Source: Candidatus Poribacteria bacterium
GTDB lineage: Bacteria; Poribacteria; WGA-4E; PCPOR2b
Direction of reading: 5' to 3'
Assembly: GCA_965215015.1 (NCBI GenBank)
Contig: OZ244042.1
Span: forward strand, 2,784,001 to 2,848,000
DNA: 64,000 nt
Of this stretch, positions 1 to 9,620 are shown in pieces. Within the stretch, counting starts at the first letter, position 1; each line of letters starts with the position of its first letter. Under the pieces are notes generated by a model that worked only from the letters and a program-made list of their open reading frames with translations, was not told the origin of the DNA and ran no database searches. The position numbers and the translations under genes are program-made.

Positions 1-699
1 TTCGTACTCGTCTTTGGATTTATTCGTCCCTTTGTCGTTGAAGCGTTCAAAATTCCATCCGGTTCAATGGAAGAGACCTTGCTTATTGGAGATCGTATCC
101 TCGTCTGCAAATTTATCTATGGTATCAACATCCCGGGAACGAAAGTTAAACTGTTTGACTTCCATAAACCTGCAAGAGGCGATGTTTTTGTATTTGTTCC
201 CCCTCACGAGCGAACCAAGAACTTTATCAAACGGATTGTTGCAGTCGGAGGCGACACGATTGAGACGAAAGGGGATACACTCTACGTCAACGGGGTAGTC
301 ATTGAAGATGCTGCCTATACAAAACATGTCCCTCATGTCATTGGTCATCGGTACGATTTCCCGCCCTTCCGCAAGCCCTATCATTTGCCCAGTGACAACG
401 CCTTTTCGCCTTATAAACTCTCACCGAATCAGTTCCGCATGAGGTTTCCAGATGGTAGACCGTTTGAAGTGCCAGAAGGGTATGTTTTTGCAATGGGGGA
501 TAATCGGGATCAGAGTAGCGACAGCCGCACATGGGGACCTGTATCAGTGAACGATATTAAGGGACAAGCCTTTATGGTCTATTGGTCTTACGACGCATTC
601 AATCGGAAAAAACCCTGGGAGATTTGGAAAGTTATCAATGGCATTCGGTTTTCCCGAATTGGGAGCTTGATTCGATCCGAGTTTGATGGTAAGCATTGA
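1..699 (+). CDS. lepB: Signal peptidase I (5' end lies outside the window)
   Basis: Frame is open from base 1 (FVLVFGFIRPFVVEAFKIPSGSM). Carries catalytic SGSM, FIKRIV (Lys) and GDNRDQSSDSRTWG boxes. Confidence 0.95.
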   Translation, partial: FVLVFGFIRPFVVEAFKIPSGSMEETLLIGDRILVCKFIYGINIPGTKVKLFDFHKPARGDVFVFVPPHERTKNFIKRIVAVGGDTIETKGDTLYVNGVVIEDAAYTKHVPHVIGHRYDFPPFRKPYHLPSDNAFSPYKLSPNQFRMRFPDGRPFEVPEGYVFAMGDNRDQSSDSRTWGPVSVNDIKGQAFMVYWSYDAFNRKKPWEIWKVINGIRFSRIGSLIRSEFDGKH

Positions 700-745
700 G
701 AAAACCGTTAGTTTGTGGCATCAACAAAGAGGAGGAAGCTGACTA

Positions 746-1861
746 TTGTCCGTCGAAGTCCGTTTAAACCATATCGTAAAAGCCTTTGATACTACGATCG
801 CTGTGAATGATGTCAACCTTGAGATTAAAGAGGGAGAGCTGTTTTTTCTCCTCGGTCCATCGGGGTGTGGAAAGACCACCTGCCTACGCATCCTCGCGGG
901 ATTTTACGAACCGGATAGCGGGAAATTAATGTTTGGCGATCGGGAGATGAGTAGAATCCCACCGCATAAGCGGAATACCGGGATGGTGTTCCAGAATTAC
1001 GCGCTTTGGCCCCATATGACTGTCTTTGAGAATGTCGAATACGGTTTGTCGCTTCGCAAGATTGATAAGGCTATCCGAAAAGAGAAGGTCCACGAAGTCT
1101 TGGAGGTCGTGCAGATGCCAGAGTACGCCGATCGCCCTGTCAATAAGTTATCCGGCGGGCAGCAGCAGCGCATCGCTTTGGCACGTGCCCTCGTCGTAGA
1201 ACCGGATGTGCTACTCCTCGACGAACCGTTAAGCAACCTTGACGCGAAGCTACGGCTTGAAATGCGGCAGGAAATTAAGCGCATTCACTCACAAGCCGGT
1301 GCCACCGCCGTTTATGTCACGCACGATCAGCAAGAGGCGATTCATCTCGCAGACCGAATGGCGGTCATGAAAGAAGGCTCAATCATCCAAGTGGGCACCC
1401 CGCGTGAAATTTATCGGTTCCCTACCAATCCGTTTGTTGCTAGTTTTATCGGCGAAACCAATTTTATCAGCGGTAAGATCCAATCTCTATCTAACGGAAC
1501 GGCTGAGATTGAAACGGAAATCGGGATGTTGCGCTCAACGACAATCTATCACGATTTCACAAACGGTGAAGTGGTGACTTGCTGCATCCGTCCGGAGTCA
1601 ATACATCTCAAAGAAGCGATTGCTGAAGGGGAGCCAAACCAACTGAGTGCAAAGGTTCTCAACGCGACCTATCTGGGACGTATTGAGGAATATCACCTAG
1701 CACTCGCCGAAAAATTGACAGCGAAAGCGGTGCTATACAATCCAAGAACCCACGGCAGAAATGTCGGTGATACGCTTTCCATATCCGTTAGCACAGAAGA
1801 TGTAATCCCTTTACCAGCGGAAACACCTTACAGCGATGAGGAAGAGCGCGAGGTATCGTGA
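746..1861 (+). CDS. ABC transporter ATP-binding subunit (PotA/FbpC-like, C-terminal TOBE)
   Basis: Walker A GPSGCGKT, LSGGQQQR signature, LLLDEPLSNLD Walker B/D-loop, VTHDQ switch. Confidence 0.93.
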   Translation: MSVEVRLNHIVKAFDTTIAVNDVNLEIKEGELFFLLGPSGCGKTTCLRILAGFYEPDSGKLMFGDREMSRIPPHKRNTGMVFQNYALWPHMTVFENVEYGLSLRKIDKAIRKEKVHEVLEVVQMPEYADRPVNKLSGGQQQRIALARALVVEPDVLLLDEPLSNLDAKLRLEMRQEIKRIHSQAGATAVYVTHDQQEAIHLADRMAVMKEGSIIQVGTPREIYRFPTNPFVASFIGETNFISGKIQSLSNGTAEIETEIGMLRSTTIYHDFTNGEVVTCCIRPESIHLKEAIAEGEPNQLSAKVLNATYLGRIEEYHLALAEKLTAKAVLYNPRTHGRNVGDTLSISVSTEDVIPLPAETPYSDEEEREVS

Positions 1862-2580
1862 ATCCACTGAAAATCATGAAAGTTAAAATATTACTCCTCG
1901 CCGCAGCTGTCTTCCTACTCCTGTTTTTCGCTATCCCTCCTTTTCACGATTGGCTCGTGAGTATCTTTGAACTCTTCAGGGACCCACAGGCGATGCGGGA
2001 ATACATCGCCGCTTATGGTCCGCTCGCCCCGGTAATCTCTGCACTCCTGATGGTACTTCAGAGTGTTGCCGCCCCGTTGCCTGCTTTCCTCATAACTTTC
2101 GCCAACGGGCTGCTGTTCGGTGTATGGTGGGGTGCTGCATTGTCATGGAGCAGTGCTATGTTGGGTGCCGCACTCTGTTTTTTCATCGCCCGGTACTTTG
2201 GGCGCCCTGTTGTCGTCAAGCTGGTGAGTGAGTCAGCCGTTGCCTCTTCCGATCGGTTTTTTGACCGCTACGGCAAATATGCGGTGCTCATTGCGCGTTT
2301 AGTCCCTGTTGTTTCATTCGATGTAATTAGCTACGGATCGGGGTTGACCGGTATGAGGTTTATCGGGTTCTGGGCCGCCACCGGAATCGGGCAACTGCCC
2401 GCAACGATTTTATACTCCTATCTTGGAGATGAAGCAACTGGTACAATCAAAATTCTGTTCTGGGCTTTCGGGATTGTCATTGCAATCTCCATTGGGACTG
2501 TCTTGATTAAGCGTCGATCGGGTGGTATCACGCCATCATTTGGAAAAGGGAACGCACCAAGGGAAACGCCCTTTCTTTAA
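1858..2580 (+). CDS. TVP38/TMEM64 (VTT/DedA superfamily) membrane protein
   Basis: Hydrophobic protein with APLPAFLITFANGLLFG and RLVPVVSFDVISYGSGLT motifs. Confidence 0.88.
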   Translation: MNPLKIMKVKILLLAAAVFLLLFFAIPPFHDWLVSIFELFRDPQAMREYIAAYGPLAPVISALLMVLQSVAAPLPAFLITFANGLLFGVWWGAALSWSSAMLGAALCFFIARYFGRPVVVKLVSESAVASSDRFFDRYGKYAVLIARLVPVVSFDVISYGSGLTGMRFIGFWAATGIGQLPATILYSYLGDEATGTIKILFWAFGIVIAISIGTVLIKRRSGGITPSFGKGNAPRETPFL

Positions 2581-2702
2581 CGGATACTTCGGATGTTCAG
2601 CCCTGTGATGCGTTGGTTGCGAGTTGATTAAATCAGTAGACAAAATGAAACGACCTTTTTTGGTGGATCGAATATAGTGATAACGATTGTTTGGAGGAAT
2701 CC

Positions 2703-3923
2703 ATGGAAATTCGTGGCATCCGTGAATCAGAATTGGCGGAAATGATTGACTTGCAATGCCGGGTTTTTCGACCGGATGGGCATGAACGGTACTGGCAATA
2801 CGTTCGCACCGATCCAAGCTATCGGTACGACCAATCTCGTGTCGTGGTAGTGAACGGGCGAATTGTTTCGACCCTCCGTGTCTGGGAACGCGAAATGCGG
2901 ATTGGCTCTGTCGCTGTGCCGATGGGAGGAATTGGAGGGGTAGGCACACACCCGGACCATCAAGGTGCTGGTTATGCCACAGCGTTGATGAAAAACACGG
3001 TTTCCTACATGCGGACAGGGGGCTATGACGTTGGGGTGCTTTTTTCGGCTATCCCATGTGCCTTTTATAGGAAGTTGGGGTGGGCGAGTGTACCGTTGGC
3101 AGGTTTTCGAGTGACCCGAAGGCAAAGAATCGGGGTTGAAGAAACAGAATGGAGTGTTGAGCCTTTCGATGAAGAGCGTGATCTGGAGCCGTCCATCGCG
3201 CTTTACGATGAGTACAACGCCGAGCAGAGCGGATCGCTTGTGCGCACACGATCCTATTGGGGTAGCGGTCCCGCACGGCTACGGGATATTTTGCCGACAG
3301 TGGTCGCTCGACATGGGGACAGGCTTGGAGGCTATCTCAACTTTCAGGTTGATAGCAAAAGTGCAAACATCCTCGAAGTTGCACATGACCGAACACAACC
3401 GCAAGCCTTAACGGCGTTGGTGGGTCATCTGCTGCAAATCTGTGACCGAGAAGGAGTAGAGGAACTTCACAGCGATATTCCGCATCGACATCCAATGGTC
3501 GATCTGCTTGCTGAAGGGACAGCGGGAGATACCTTCTTAACCGGTAACTCCGCTATGATGCTATATCCTGTAAATCTCCCCGCCTTGCTCCGGCGACTCC
3601 TGCCTGAACTACAAGTGCGGCTCGATGCAGCGAATCAAAAATTCGCCGCCCTCTCGATCTGCTTTGCCGTGAGCGGCCAAGAGGCAGGGCTGCGCCTACA
3701 CGACGATGGAACGCTTCAAACCACCGACTCGGATGAGGGGGCGATTCATCTGGCGTTGCCGGGACATCTCTTTTGGCGGGCACTGCTCGGCGAATCTAGT
3801 TGGAGCCAGCTGGAGCCGACCTTGCATCAAAGAGGGATTTCGGTGGAAATGGAGATCGCAGCCCTGTTGTCAATCCTGTTTCCACAACGGGAGGTTATCT
3901 TCTGGGGACCAGACCATTATTGA
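2703..3923 (+). CDS. Eis-like GNAT acetyltransferase with C-terminal SCP2-like domain
   Basis: IGGVGTHPDHQGAGYATALM acetyl-CoA motif, FYRKLGW, about 400 aa. GGAGG RBS precedes ATG 2703. Confidence 0.8.
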   Translation: MEIRGIRESELAEMIDLQCRVFRPDGHERYWQYVRTDPSYRYDQSRVVVVNGRIVSTLRVWEREMRIGSVAVPMGGIGGVGTHPDHQGAGYATALMKNTVSYMRTGGYDVGVLFSAIPCAFYRKLGWASVPLAGFRVTRRQRIGVEETEWSVEPFDEERDLEPSIALYDEYNAEQSGSLVRTRSYWGSGPARLRDILPTVVARHGDRLGGYLNFQVDSKSANILEVAHDRTQPQALTALVGHLLQICDREGVEELHSDIPHRHPMVDLLAEGTAGDTFLTGNSAMMLYPVNLPALLRRLLPELQVRLDAANQKFAALSICFAVSGQEAGLRLHDDGTLQTTDSDEGAIHLALPGHLFWRALLGESSWSQLEPTLHQRGISVEMEIAALLSILFPQREVIFWGPDHY

Positions 3924-3926
3924 GTC

Positions 3927-3954
3927 GTAGGGAAAACCGATCGGTGTTCCTTAC
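3927..3954. repeat. GTAG-type REP-like palindrome
   Basis: GTAGGGAAAACCGATCGGTGTTCCTTAC, an imperfect palindrome right after a stop codon. Confidence 0.6.
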
Positions 3955-3972
3955 TACAAACTGGAGGCAAAC

Positions 3973-4764
3973 ATGAAAATCGGTGTCACACAAATCATTC
4001 TTGGAACAATGTCGCTGGACGACACGCTTAACCTCTGTCACGATGCGGGTTATGAAGCAGTTGAGTTGACATTCCGAGACGGAAAAGATCTGAATGCGGA
4101 CATGAGCACATCAGAAATTGAGAACGTCGGTGAAAAGTGCAGAGAGGCAGGGGTTGAAATTGGTAGTGTCATTGCTAGCTATGCAGATCGTGGAAATCTG
4201 CTCAGTCCAGACGCGGGAGAGCGGGAGAGCGGCGTCAAATCCCTCGTCCGCAACCTTGAAATCGCAGGTATACTCGGTGTGGACGGAATCCTCCTGCACC
4301 CCGGACAGCTCACCGTTTCTGAGACCTACCAATCGGTTTGGGATAACCTGATCGGTATTCTGAAAGAGGTTGCTCCGATCGCCGCACGAAACAGCGCCGC
4401 GGTTGGGATTGAAAATGTTTGGAACAAATTCCTGCTGAGTCCGAAAGAGATGCGCGAATTTATTGATGAGGTTGAGAGCGAATGGGTGGGAGTCTACCTC
4501 GACACCGCCAATATGATGGCTTACGGCTATCCTGAACACTGGATTCGTGAATTAGGGACTCGGATTCGGCGCGTTCATTTTAAGGACTTTGATCGACAAG
4601 CGCATCAATTCGTCAATTTGCTCGATGGGGACACCGATTGGCGCACGGTGGTTCATGAACTCCGCGCCATTGGATACGATGGTCCTGTCATCCACGAGGT
4701 TGGCGGCGACCATGCCGCTCAGGTTGACCTCGCTGAACGGATGCGGAAGATTGTTTCAATGTAA
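3973..4764 (+). CDS. Sugar phosphate isomerase/epimerase (AP endonuclease 2 TIM barrel)
   Basis: IENVWNKFLLSP, YLDTAN, VHFKDF and HE metal-ligand pattern. Confidence 0.88.
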   Translation: MKIGVTQIILGTMSLDDTLNLCHDAGYEAVELTFRDGKDLNADMSTSEIENVGEKCREAGVEIGSVIASYADRGNLLSPDAGERESGVKSLVRNLEIAGILGVDGILLHPGQLTVSETYQSVWDNLIGILKEVAPIAARNSAAVGIENVWNKFLLSPKEMREFIDEVESEWVGVYLDTANMMAYGYPEHWIRELGTRIRRVHFKDFDRQAHQFVNLLDGDTDWRTVVHELRAIGYDGPVIHEVGGDHAAQVDLAERMRKIVSM

Positions 4765-4787
4765 TCCAATTCCGTTCATTGGATAGT

Positions 4788-5687
4788 TCAATCTTCCAGG
4801 TTCACTGGGCAGACACGGAACTCTGCTTCAAAGGCACGCCAGATTTCGGGCGGGACGTTTGCGGTTGCCGCTTCGTATGCTTCCTCAACCTGTGTTGTAT
4901 TAGCGGGGCCCACCATCACTATACCGTCTATGGGCGCAGCCAAGCAGAATTGAAGCGCGAGGTGGCGGATGTTTACCCCGTGTTTTTGGCACCACTGCCA
5001 CATCATGTGCGCCCTCGGCTTGGCACCGGGGTGGCGATGCTGCTCAGTCTCCACGTCCGGCTCCACACCGGTCAGTGATCCCATACCCAAAGGGCTTGCG
5101 AGAATAATGCCCACATCATATTCACGGGCTAACGGCAGCGTTGTTTGGGCAACTGATTGGTCGAGCAGATTGTAGTCCAGAAATGTCAGAACAACCTCGA
5201 TGTTGCCGGTTTCAATCGCGACTCGATGGAACTCGTGCGAGCGTACGCCGAGTCCGATATGTAGAACAAGCCCCTCCTCCTTCATTTTTAGTAACTCGTC
5301 CAGCGCACGACCTGGTCCCAAGGGATCTTCAATCGTAATCGGATCGTGAATAAGGACTGAATCTAAGTAATCGGTCCTGAGTTGCTTGAGACTGTTCTCT
5401 ACGCTCCGACGTGTGGTATTGTCGGAGAAGTCTTTATTTGGACCTGGAGGACTGACCTTGGCTTGCAGATAGATTTTTTCCCGCAGACCACCGGCAAGTG
5501 CCTTACCCCAACGCTCCTCTGCATGACCGGGATAAGTGTCCAGATAATTGATACCTAATTCAATCGCGCGATGGATAGCATCAATCGTTTCAGTTTCGGA
5601 TCCTTGCGCCAACCAAGCAGCACCCAAGCCGAGTGACTTTGGTCGCATCTCAGTGCGTCCCATCCGTCGGGTTTCCAGTTCTGCCAT
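4788..5687 (-). CDS. Aldo/keto reductase
   Basis: GINYLDTY, SLKQLRTDYLDSVLIHD, LALQFCL. Confidence 0.9.
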   Translation of the reverse strand: MAELETRRMGRTEMRPKSLGLGAAWLAQGSETETIDAIHRAIELGINYLDTYPGHAEERWGKALAGGLREKIYLQAKVSPPGPNKDFSDNTTRRSVENSLKQLRTDYLDSVLIHDPITIEDPLGPGRALDELLKMKEEGLVLHIGLGVRSHEFHRVAIETGNIEVVLTFLDYNLLDQSVAQTTLPLAREYDVGIILASPLGMGSLTGVEPDVETEQHRHPGAKPRAHMMWQWCQKHGVNIRHLALQFCLAAPIDGIVMVGPANTTQVEEAYEAATANVPPEIWRAFEAEFRVCPVNLED

Positions 5688-5933
5688 TATCTCTCCTTAT
5701 ATCTTTGAGGGTTGCTCATAATAAAGGCTGCCAACTTCTGAGAAATGTGCCCCCTCCGCTGGCACGATTTTACGAAGCTGAAATCTTGGAGCCGTTCAAA
5801 CGAAAACGTGATATAATAGTCACTGTCAGGATAGCACATGTGAGAATCCTTCCTTTCTTAGAGGTTTGATAAGATTATAACCGTTATCCTGACTCAAGTC
5901 TACCTATAAGTACCCCTCAACTAATGAACCCCA

Positions 5934-7094
5934 ATGGTTCTCACGTTTCACATTTCACGCTGTGTAATCTTAATGCATATCAAATCAACCCAGATCCTTT
6001 TTCCAATCCTCATCACCTTTTTAGCACTCCTCATCAACGCCCTGATTATGCTCGCGTGCGGGTACCAACCGATCAAGGCATTTGTCGCTATGTATCAAGG
6101 CGCATTGGGAGGAATGCGGGAGGTGACCGAGACGTTTGTAAAAACCTGCCCGCTACTACTAACTGGATTGGCTGTAGCGTTTGCATTTCGGTGTGGTGTC
6201 TGGAACATCGGTGCCGAAGGGCAATACCTCATCGGCACGCTGGTCATCACATGGATTGGCACATCAATTACCACCCTGCCTCCATTTCTGTTTATCCCTC
6301 TGATTCTTGGATTTGGATTTGCCGCCGGCGGCCTCTGGGGGATAATCGCCGGACTTCTCAAAGCCTATCGCGGTGTGCAGGAGGTAATCAGCACAATCAT
6401 GCTCAACTTCATCGCGCTTGAGCTGGTTCGTTACTCTATAGACGGTGGGCCGTTACAAGAGGCAACGAAGGCATATCAGCAGAGCGAAAGAATTGTAGCA
6501 AACGCCGTCCTGCCCCGTTTACTTCCGAAGGAGTGGATTCCATACAACCGATTCCACTTGGGGATTATCCTTGCACTTATGCTTGCGGCCCTCTTATATT
6601 GGATCCTGTTTCGCACGGTTCTCGGTTATCAAATCCGCGCGGTTGGACAAAACCAAGTTGCCGCAAGGGTCGCAGGAATTAACGTTTCTCGAAATATCAT
6701 CGTCGCTATGTTAATCAGCGGGGGGTTAGCGGGATTAGCAGGCACAATTGAATTAATAGGGTTGAGTCCCCATCGACTCTATCAGAATACCCCCGGATAC
6801 GGCTATACAGCTATTGCTGTGGCCCTGCTTGGGCGGCTTCATCCAATTGGCGTTATCTTTTCGGCGTTGCTCTTTGGTATGCTACAAGCTGGATCCGAGC
6901 AGATGCAGATAGAGGCCCAAGTGCCCTCAAAATTAACGTGGGTGACGCAAGCCACTGTTCTCCTCCTTGTCTTAGGTTTTAGCATGTATGAGACAGCACA
7001 GACTAACAAGCAAGCAATCCGAGATAGCTCGTTTTATACAAGAGTCAAATCTGTGCTTTCTAACGTCTTAAAAATGAACTTAAAAATGAAGTAG
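5934..7094 (+). CDS. ABC transporter permease, nucleoside/BPD_transp_2 type (true start may be ATG 5973)
   Basis: WNIGAEGQY, EVISTIMLNFIA, GYQIRAVGQN, AIAVALLGRLHP. Confidence 0.9.
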   Translation: MVLTFHISRCVILMHIKSTQILFPILITFLALLINALIMLACGYQPIKAFVAMYQGALGGMREVTETFVKTCPLLLTGLAVAFAFRCGVWNIGAEGQYLIGTLVITWIGTSITTLPPFLFIPLILGFGFAAGGLWGIIAGLLKAYRGVQEVISTIMLNFIALELVRYSIDGGPLQEATKAYQQSERIVANAVLPRLLPKEWIPYNRFHLGIILALMLAALLYWILFRTVLGYQIRAVGQNQVAARVAGINVSRNIIVAMLISGGLAGLAGTIELIGLSPHRLYQNTPGYGYTAIAVALLGRLHPIGVIFSALLFGMLQAGSEQMQIEAQVPSKLTWVTQATVLLLVLGFSMYETAQTNKQAIRDSSFYTRVKSVLSNVLKMNLKMK

Positions 7095-7246
7095 AGTAGG
7101 TATAAAAACGGAATTTTTGTCAAAAACTCCGTTCCTCTTCGCGCTCTGATCTTTCTTTTAATATAAGCCTTTTTTCATCTTGATCCAGCGTCCGTTTTCC
7201 ACTACGCTATCCCTCAAATTCGATACCACAATTCAAGGAGAAAACG

Positions 7247-9181
7247 ATGACCCAACCACAGGTGGCCCCCTATGGCTCATGGGAATCGCCAATCAGCGCA
7301 GATCTGATTTCAACCGAAGGACGTAGAATAATAGAAGCCGTAGCCGATGGAGAAGATATCTATTGGATTCAGATGCGTCCGGCTGAGAGCGGGCGGTATG
7401 TCATTGTTCGACGCACCCCGGACGGACAAACGACCGATGTAACACCAGCCCCTTTCAACGCGCGTACACGCGTCCATGAGTACGGCGGCGCGGCGTTCAG
7501 CGTCAATGACGGTACCGTCTACTTTTCAAACTTTGAGGATCAGCGTCTCTACCGTCAAGCCGCTGGATCAGATCCACAGCCGATTACACCCGAAGCGGGG
7601 CTGCGTTATGCGGATGGGGCTGTTGATGCCAAACGAAACCGTCTCATCTGTGTTTGCGAAGACCATACCGATGCCGAGCGCGAAGCTGTCAACGCATTGG
7701 TGGGTATCAGGCTAAATGGAACAGAGGAGAGACAGGTGCTTGTCAGCGGCAACGATTTCTATTCTTCACCTCGCCTGAGTCCCTCTGGCACGCATTTGGC
7801 GTGGATGACTTGGAACCACCCGAATATGCCCTGGGATGGTGCTGAACTTTGGGTCGGTGAGATCGACACAGATGAATCGATTAATCATACCGAGTACGTG
7901 GCAGGGGGTGCAGATGAATCAATCTTTCAGCCCGAATGGTCGCCTGATGGTACGTTATATTTCGTCTCCGATCGAACGAATTGGTGGAATCTCTATCGCT
8001 ATCAGGCTGGAACCGTCGAACCGGTATGTGAAATGGAGGCGGAGTTGGGGAGACCGCAGTGGATATTTGGTATGTCTACCTATCAATTTGTCTCTCCCAA
8101 TCAGATTATCTGCACTTACACACAAGATGGTGTCTGGCATCTAGCAAGTTTAGACACCGTAACACGAAAACTCGATCGGATTGAGACTCCTTACACATCA
8201 ATTGCCAATCTACAGACTATTCCCGGAGGAGTCCTTTTCAATGCCGGTTCATCGACGGAATCGGCGTCAATTGTTCGCCTTGACCTCGCCACAAAACAAT
8301 TTGAGGTTGTGTACCGTTCAAGCGAGATAGAGATTGATGCCGGATATTTCTCAACCCCACAAGCAATTGAATTTCCAACCACAAACAATCTGAGTGCCCA
8401 CGCCTTCTTCTATCCGCCACAAAACCGCGACTACACCCCACCTGTCGATGATTTACCTCCACTGATTGTCATTAGCCATGGAGGTCCAACTTCAGCGACT
8501 TCCACTGCGCTCAACCTAGAGATTCAATACTGGACAAGCCGCGGCATTGCTGTCCTCGATGTGAACTATGGAGGCAGCAGCGGCTATGGTCGCGCCTATC
8601 GACAAAGACTCAATGGTCAGTGGGGTGTTGTTGACGTTGATGATTGTGTGAACGGGGCGCGATACCTCGCCGAGCAGGGCTATGTGGACGCCAATCGGTT
8701 GGCGATTCGGGGTGGCAGTGCGGGCGGCTACACGACCCTTTCGGCACTGACCTTTCGTGATGTCTTCAAAGCGGGTGCCAGTTACTACGGGATCAGCGAC
8801 CTTGAAGCGATGACAAGGGATACCCACAAATTTGAATCCCGCTATCTGGACAGCCTGATTGGCCCCTATCCTGAAAGACGTAATCTCTACCGGGCACGCT
8901 CGCCGATCCATTTTACAGATCGCCTTTCATGCCCATTGATTCTCTTTCAGGGGCTCGAAGATAAAGTTGTTCCCCCCAATCAAGCTGAGATGATGGTTGA
9001 AGCATTGCGGGCGAAAGGGTTACCTGTCGCTTATGTCCCGTTTGAAGGCGAACAGCACGGATTTCGACGCAGTGAGAATATCCGGCACTCACTTGAAGCG
9101 GAACTCTATTTTTATGCACAGGTCTTTAATTTTGTGCCTGCGGATATTGTGGAGCCAGTGATGATCGAGAATCTTTCATAG
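7247..9181 (+). CDS. S9 family (prolyl oligopeptidase/acylaminoacyl peptidase) serine peptidase
   Basis: APYGSWESPI N-terminus, HGGPT, GGSAGG nucleophile, DKVVPP, EQHGF. Confidence 0.95.
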   Translation: MTQPQVAPYGSWESPISADLISTEGRRIIEAVADGEDIYWIQMRPAESGRYVIVRRTPDGQTTDVTPAPFNARTRVHEYGGAAFSVNDGTVYFSNFEDQRLYRQAAGSDPQPITPEAGLRYADGAVDAKRNRLICVCEDHTDAEREAVNALVGIRLNGTEERQVLVSGNDFYSSPRLSPSGTHLAWMTWNHPNMPWDGAELWVGEIDTDESINHTEYVAGGADESIFQPEWSPDGTLYFVSDRTNWWNLYRYQAGTVEPVCEMEAELGRPQWIFGMSTYQFVSPNQIICTYTQDGVWHLASLDTVTRKLDRIETPYTSIANLQTIPGGVLFNAGSSTESASIVRLDLATKQFEVVYRSSEIEIDAGYFSTPQAIEFPTTNNLSAHAFFYPPQNRDYTPPVDDLPPLIVISHGGPTSATSTALNLEIQYWTSRGIAVLDVNYGGSSGYGRAYRQRLNGQWGVVDVDDCVNGARYLAEQGYVDANRLAIRGGSAGGYTTLSALTFRDVFKAGASYYGISDLEAMTRDTHKFESRYLDSLIGPYPERRNLYRARSPIHFTDRLSCPLILFQGLEDKVVPPNQAEMMVEALRAKGLPVAYVPFEGEQHGFRRSENIRHSLEAELYFYAQVFNFVPADIVEPVMIENLS

Positions 9182-9223
9182 CGGCACAGACAATTCAATA
9201 TTAAAACAATTGTTGGTTTTCAC

Positions 9224-9253
9224 TTGCCTTTGTGTGGGTGTATATGCTAAAAT
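9224..9253 (+). promoter_or_regulatory. Sigma70-type promoter for the leader/thrC-like transcript
   Basis: TTGCCT (9224-9229), 18-nt spacer containing TG, TAAAAT (9248-9253), i.e. an extended -10. Confidence 0.6.
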
Positions 9254-9298
9254 TAAATGATTTTGTAATTAAACAACATAGGTAAGCCAATTAGAAAG

Positions 9299-9436
9299 AT
9301 GCGGCAATCTCACTTCAATTTTTCTCCAATTCGCCACTTTGTCCCCTTCGCAAATACGACCATGTACATGCCTAGCATGGGCATTGCTGTTGCGGTGTCC
9401 ATGCGTGCGGAGCAAAGTGAAAATAGGCAACTTTAG
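9299..9436 (+). CDS. Putative Met-rich attenuator leader peptide (45 aa)
   Basis: MRQSHFNFSPIRHFVPFANTTMYMPSMGIAVAVSMRAEQSENRQL*. Four internal Met codons plus a Thr-Thr pair; its 3' end overlaps the antiterminator strand. Confidence 0.7.
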   Translation: MRQSHFNFSPIRHFVPFANTTMYMPSMGIAVAVSMRAEQSENRQL

Positions 9437-9491
9437 GTATGAATCGGGATTGTTTTTAATATATATGCTCTACAGAATTGCCTATTATCAC
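9417..9491 (+). promoter_or_regulatory. Antiterminator pairing
   Basis: GTGAAAATAGGCAACT (9417-9432) is complementary at 14/16 positions to 9476-9491, which includes the 5' arm of the terminator. Confidence 0.75.
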
Positions 9492-9513
9492 GGCCGTGAT
9501 AATAGGCTTTTTT
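9480..9513 (+). terminator. Intrinsic terminator in the 5' leader (attenuator)
   Basis: Perfect 12-bp stem GCCTATTATCAC-GGCC-GTGATAATAGGC followed by T6, about 110 nt before the ATG at 9621. Confidence 0.85.
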
Positions 9514-9620
9514 ATTGTCCACATCTTTTTTAACGAAACGGTCAGTCAATATGGTCTGGAAAAATTGACAGACTATTTGCTAACAGAGTTTTCTTATATT
9601 TTGATCCAACGGAGACGAAT

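Noticed and set aside
9339-9533. 64-aa Cys-containing ORF as the leader peptide
   Set aside because: TTG start without an RBS, and it reads through the terminator. The ATG ORF 9299-9436 fits attenuator geometry better.
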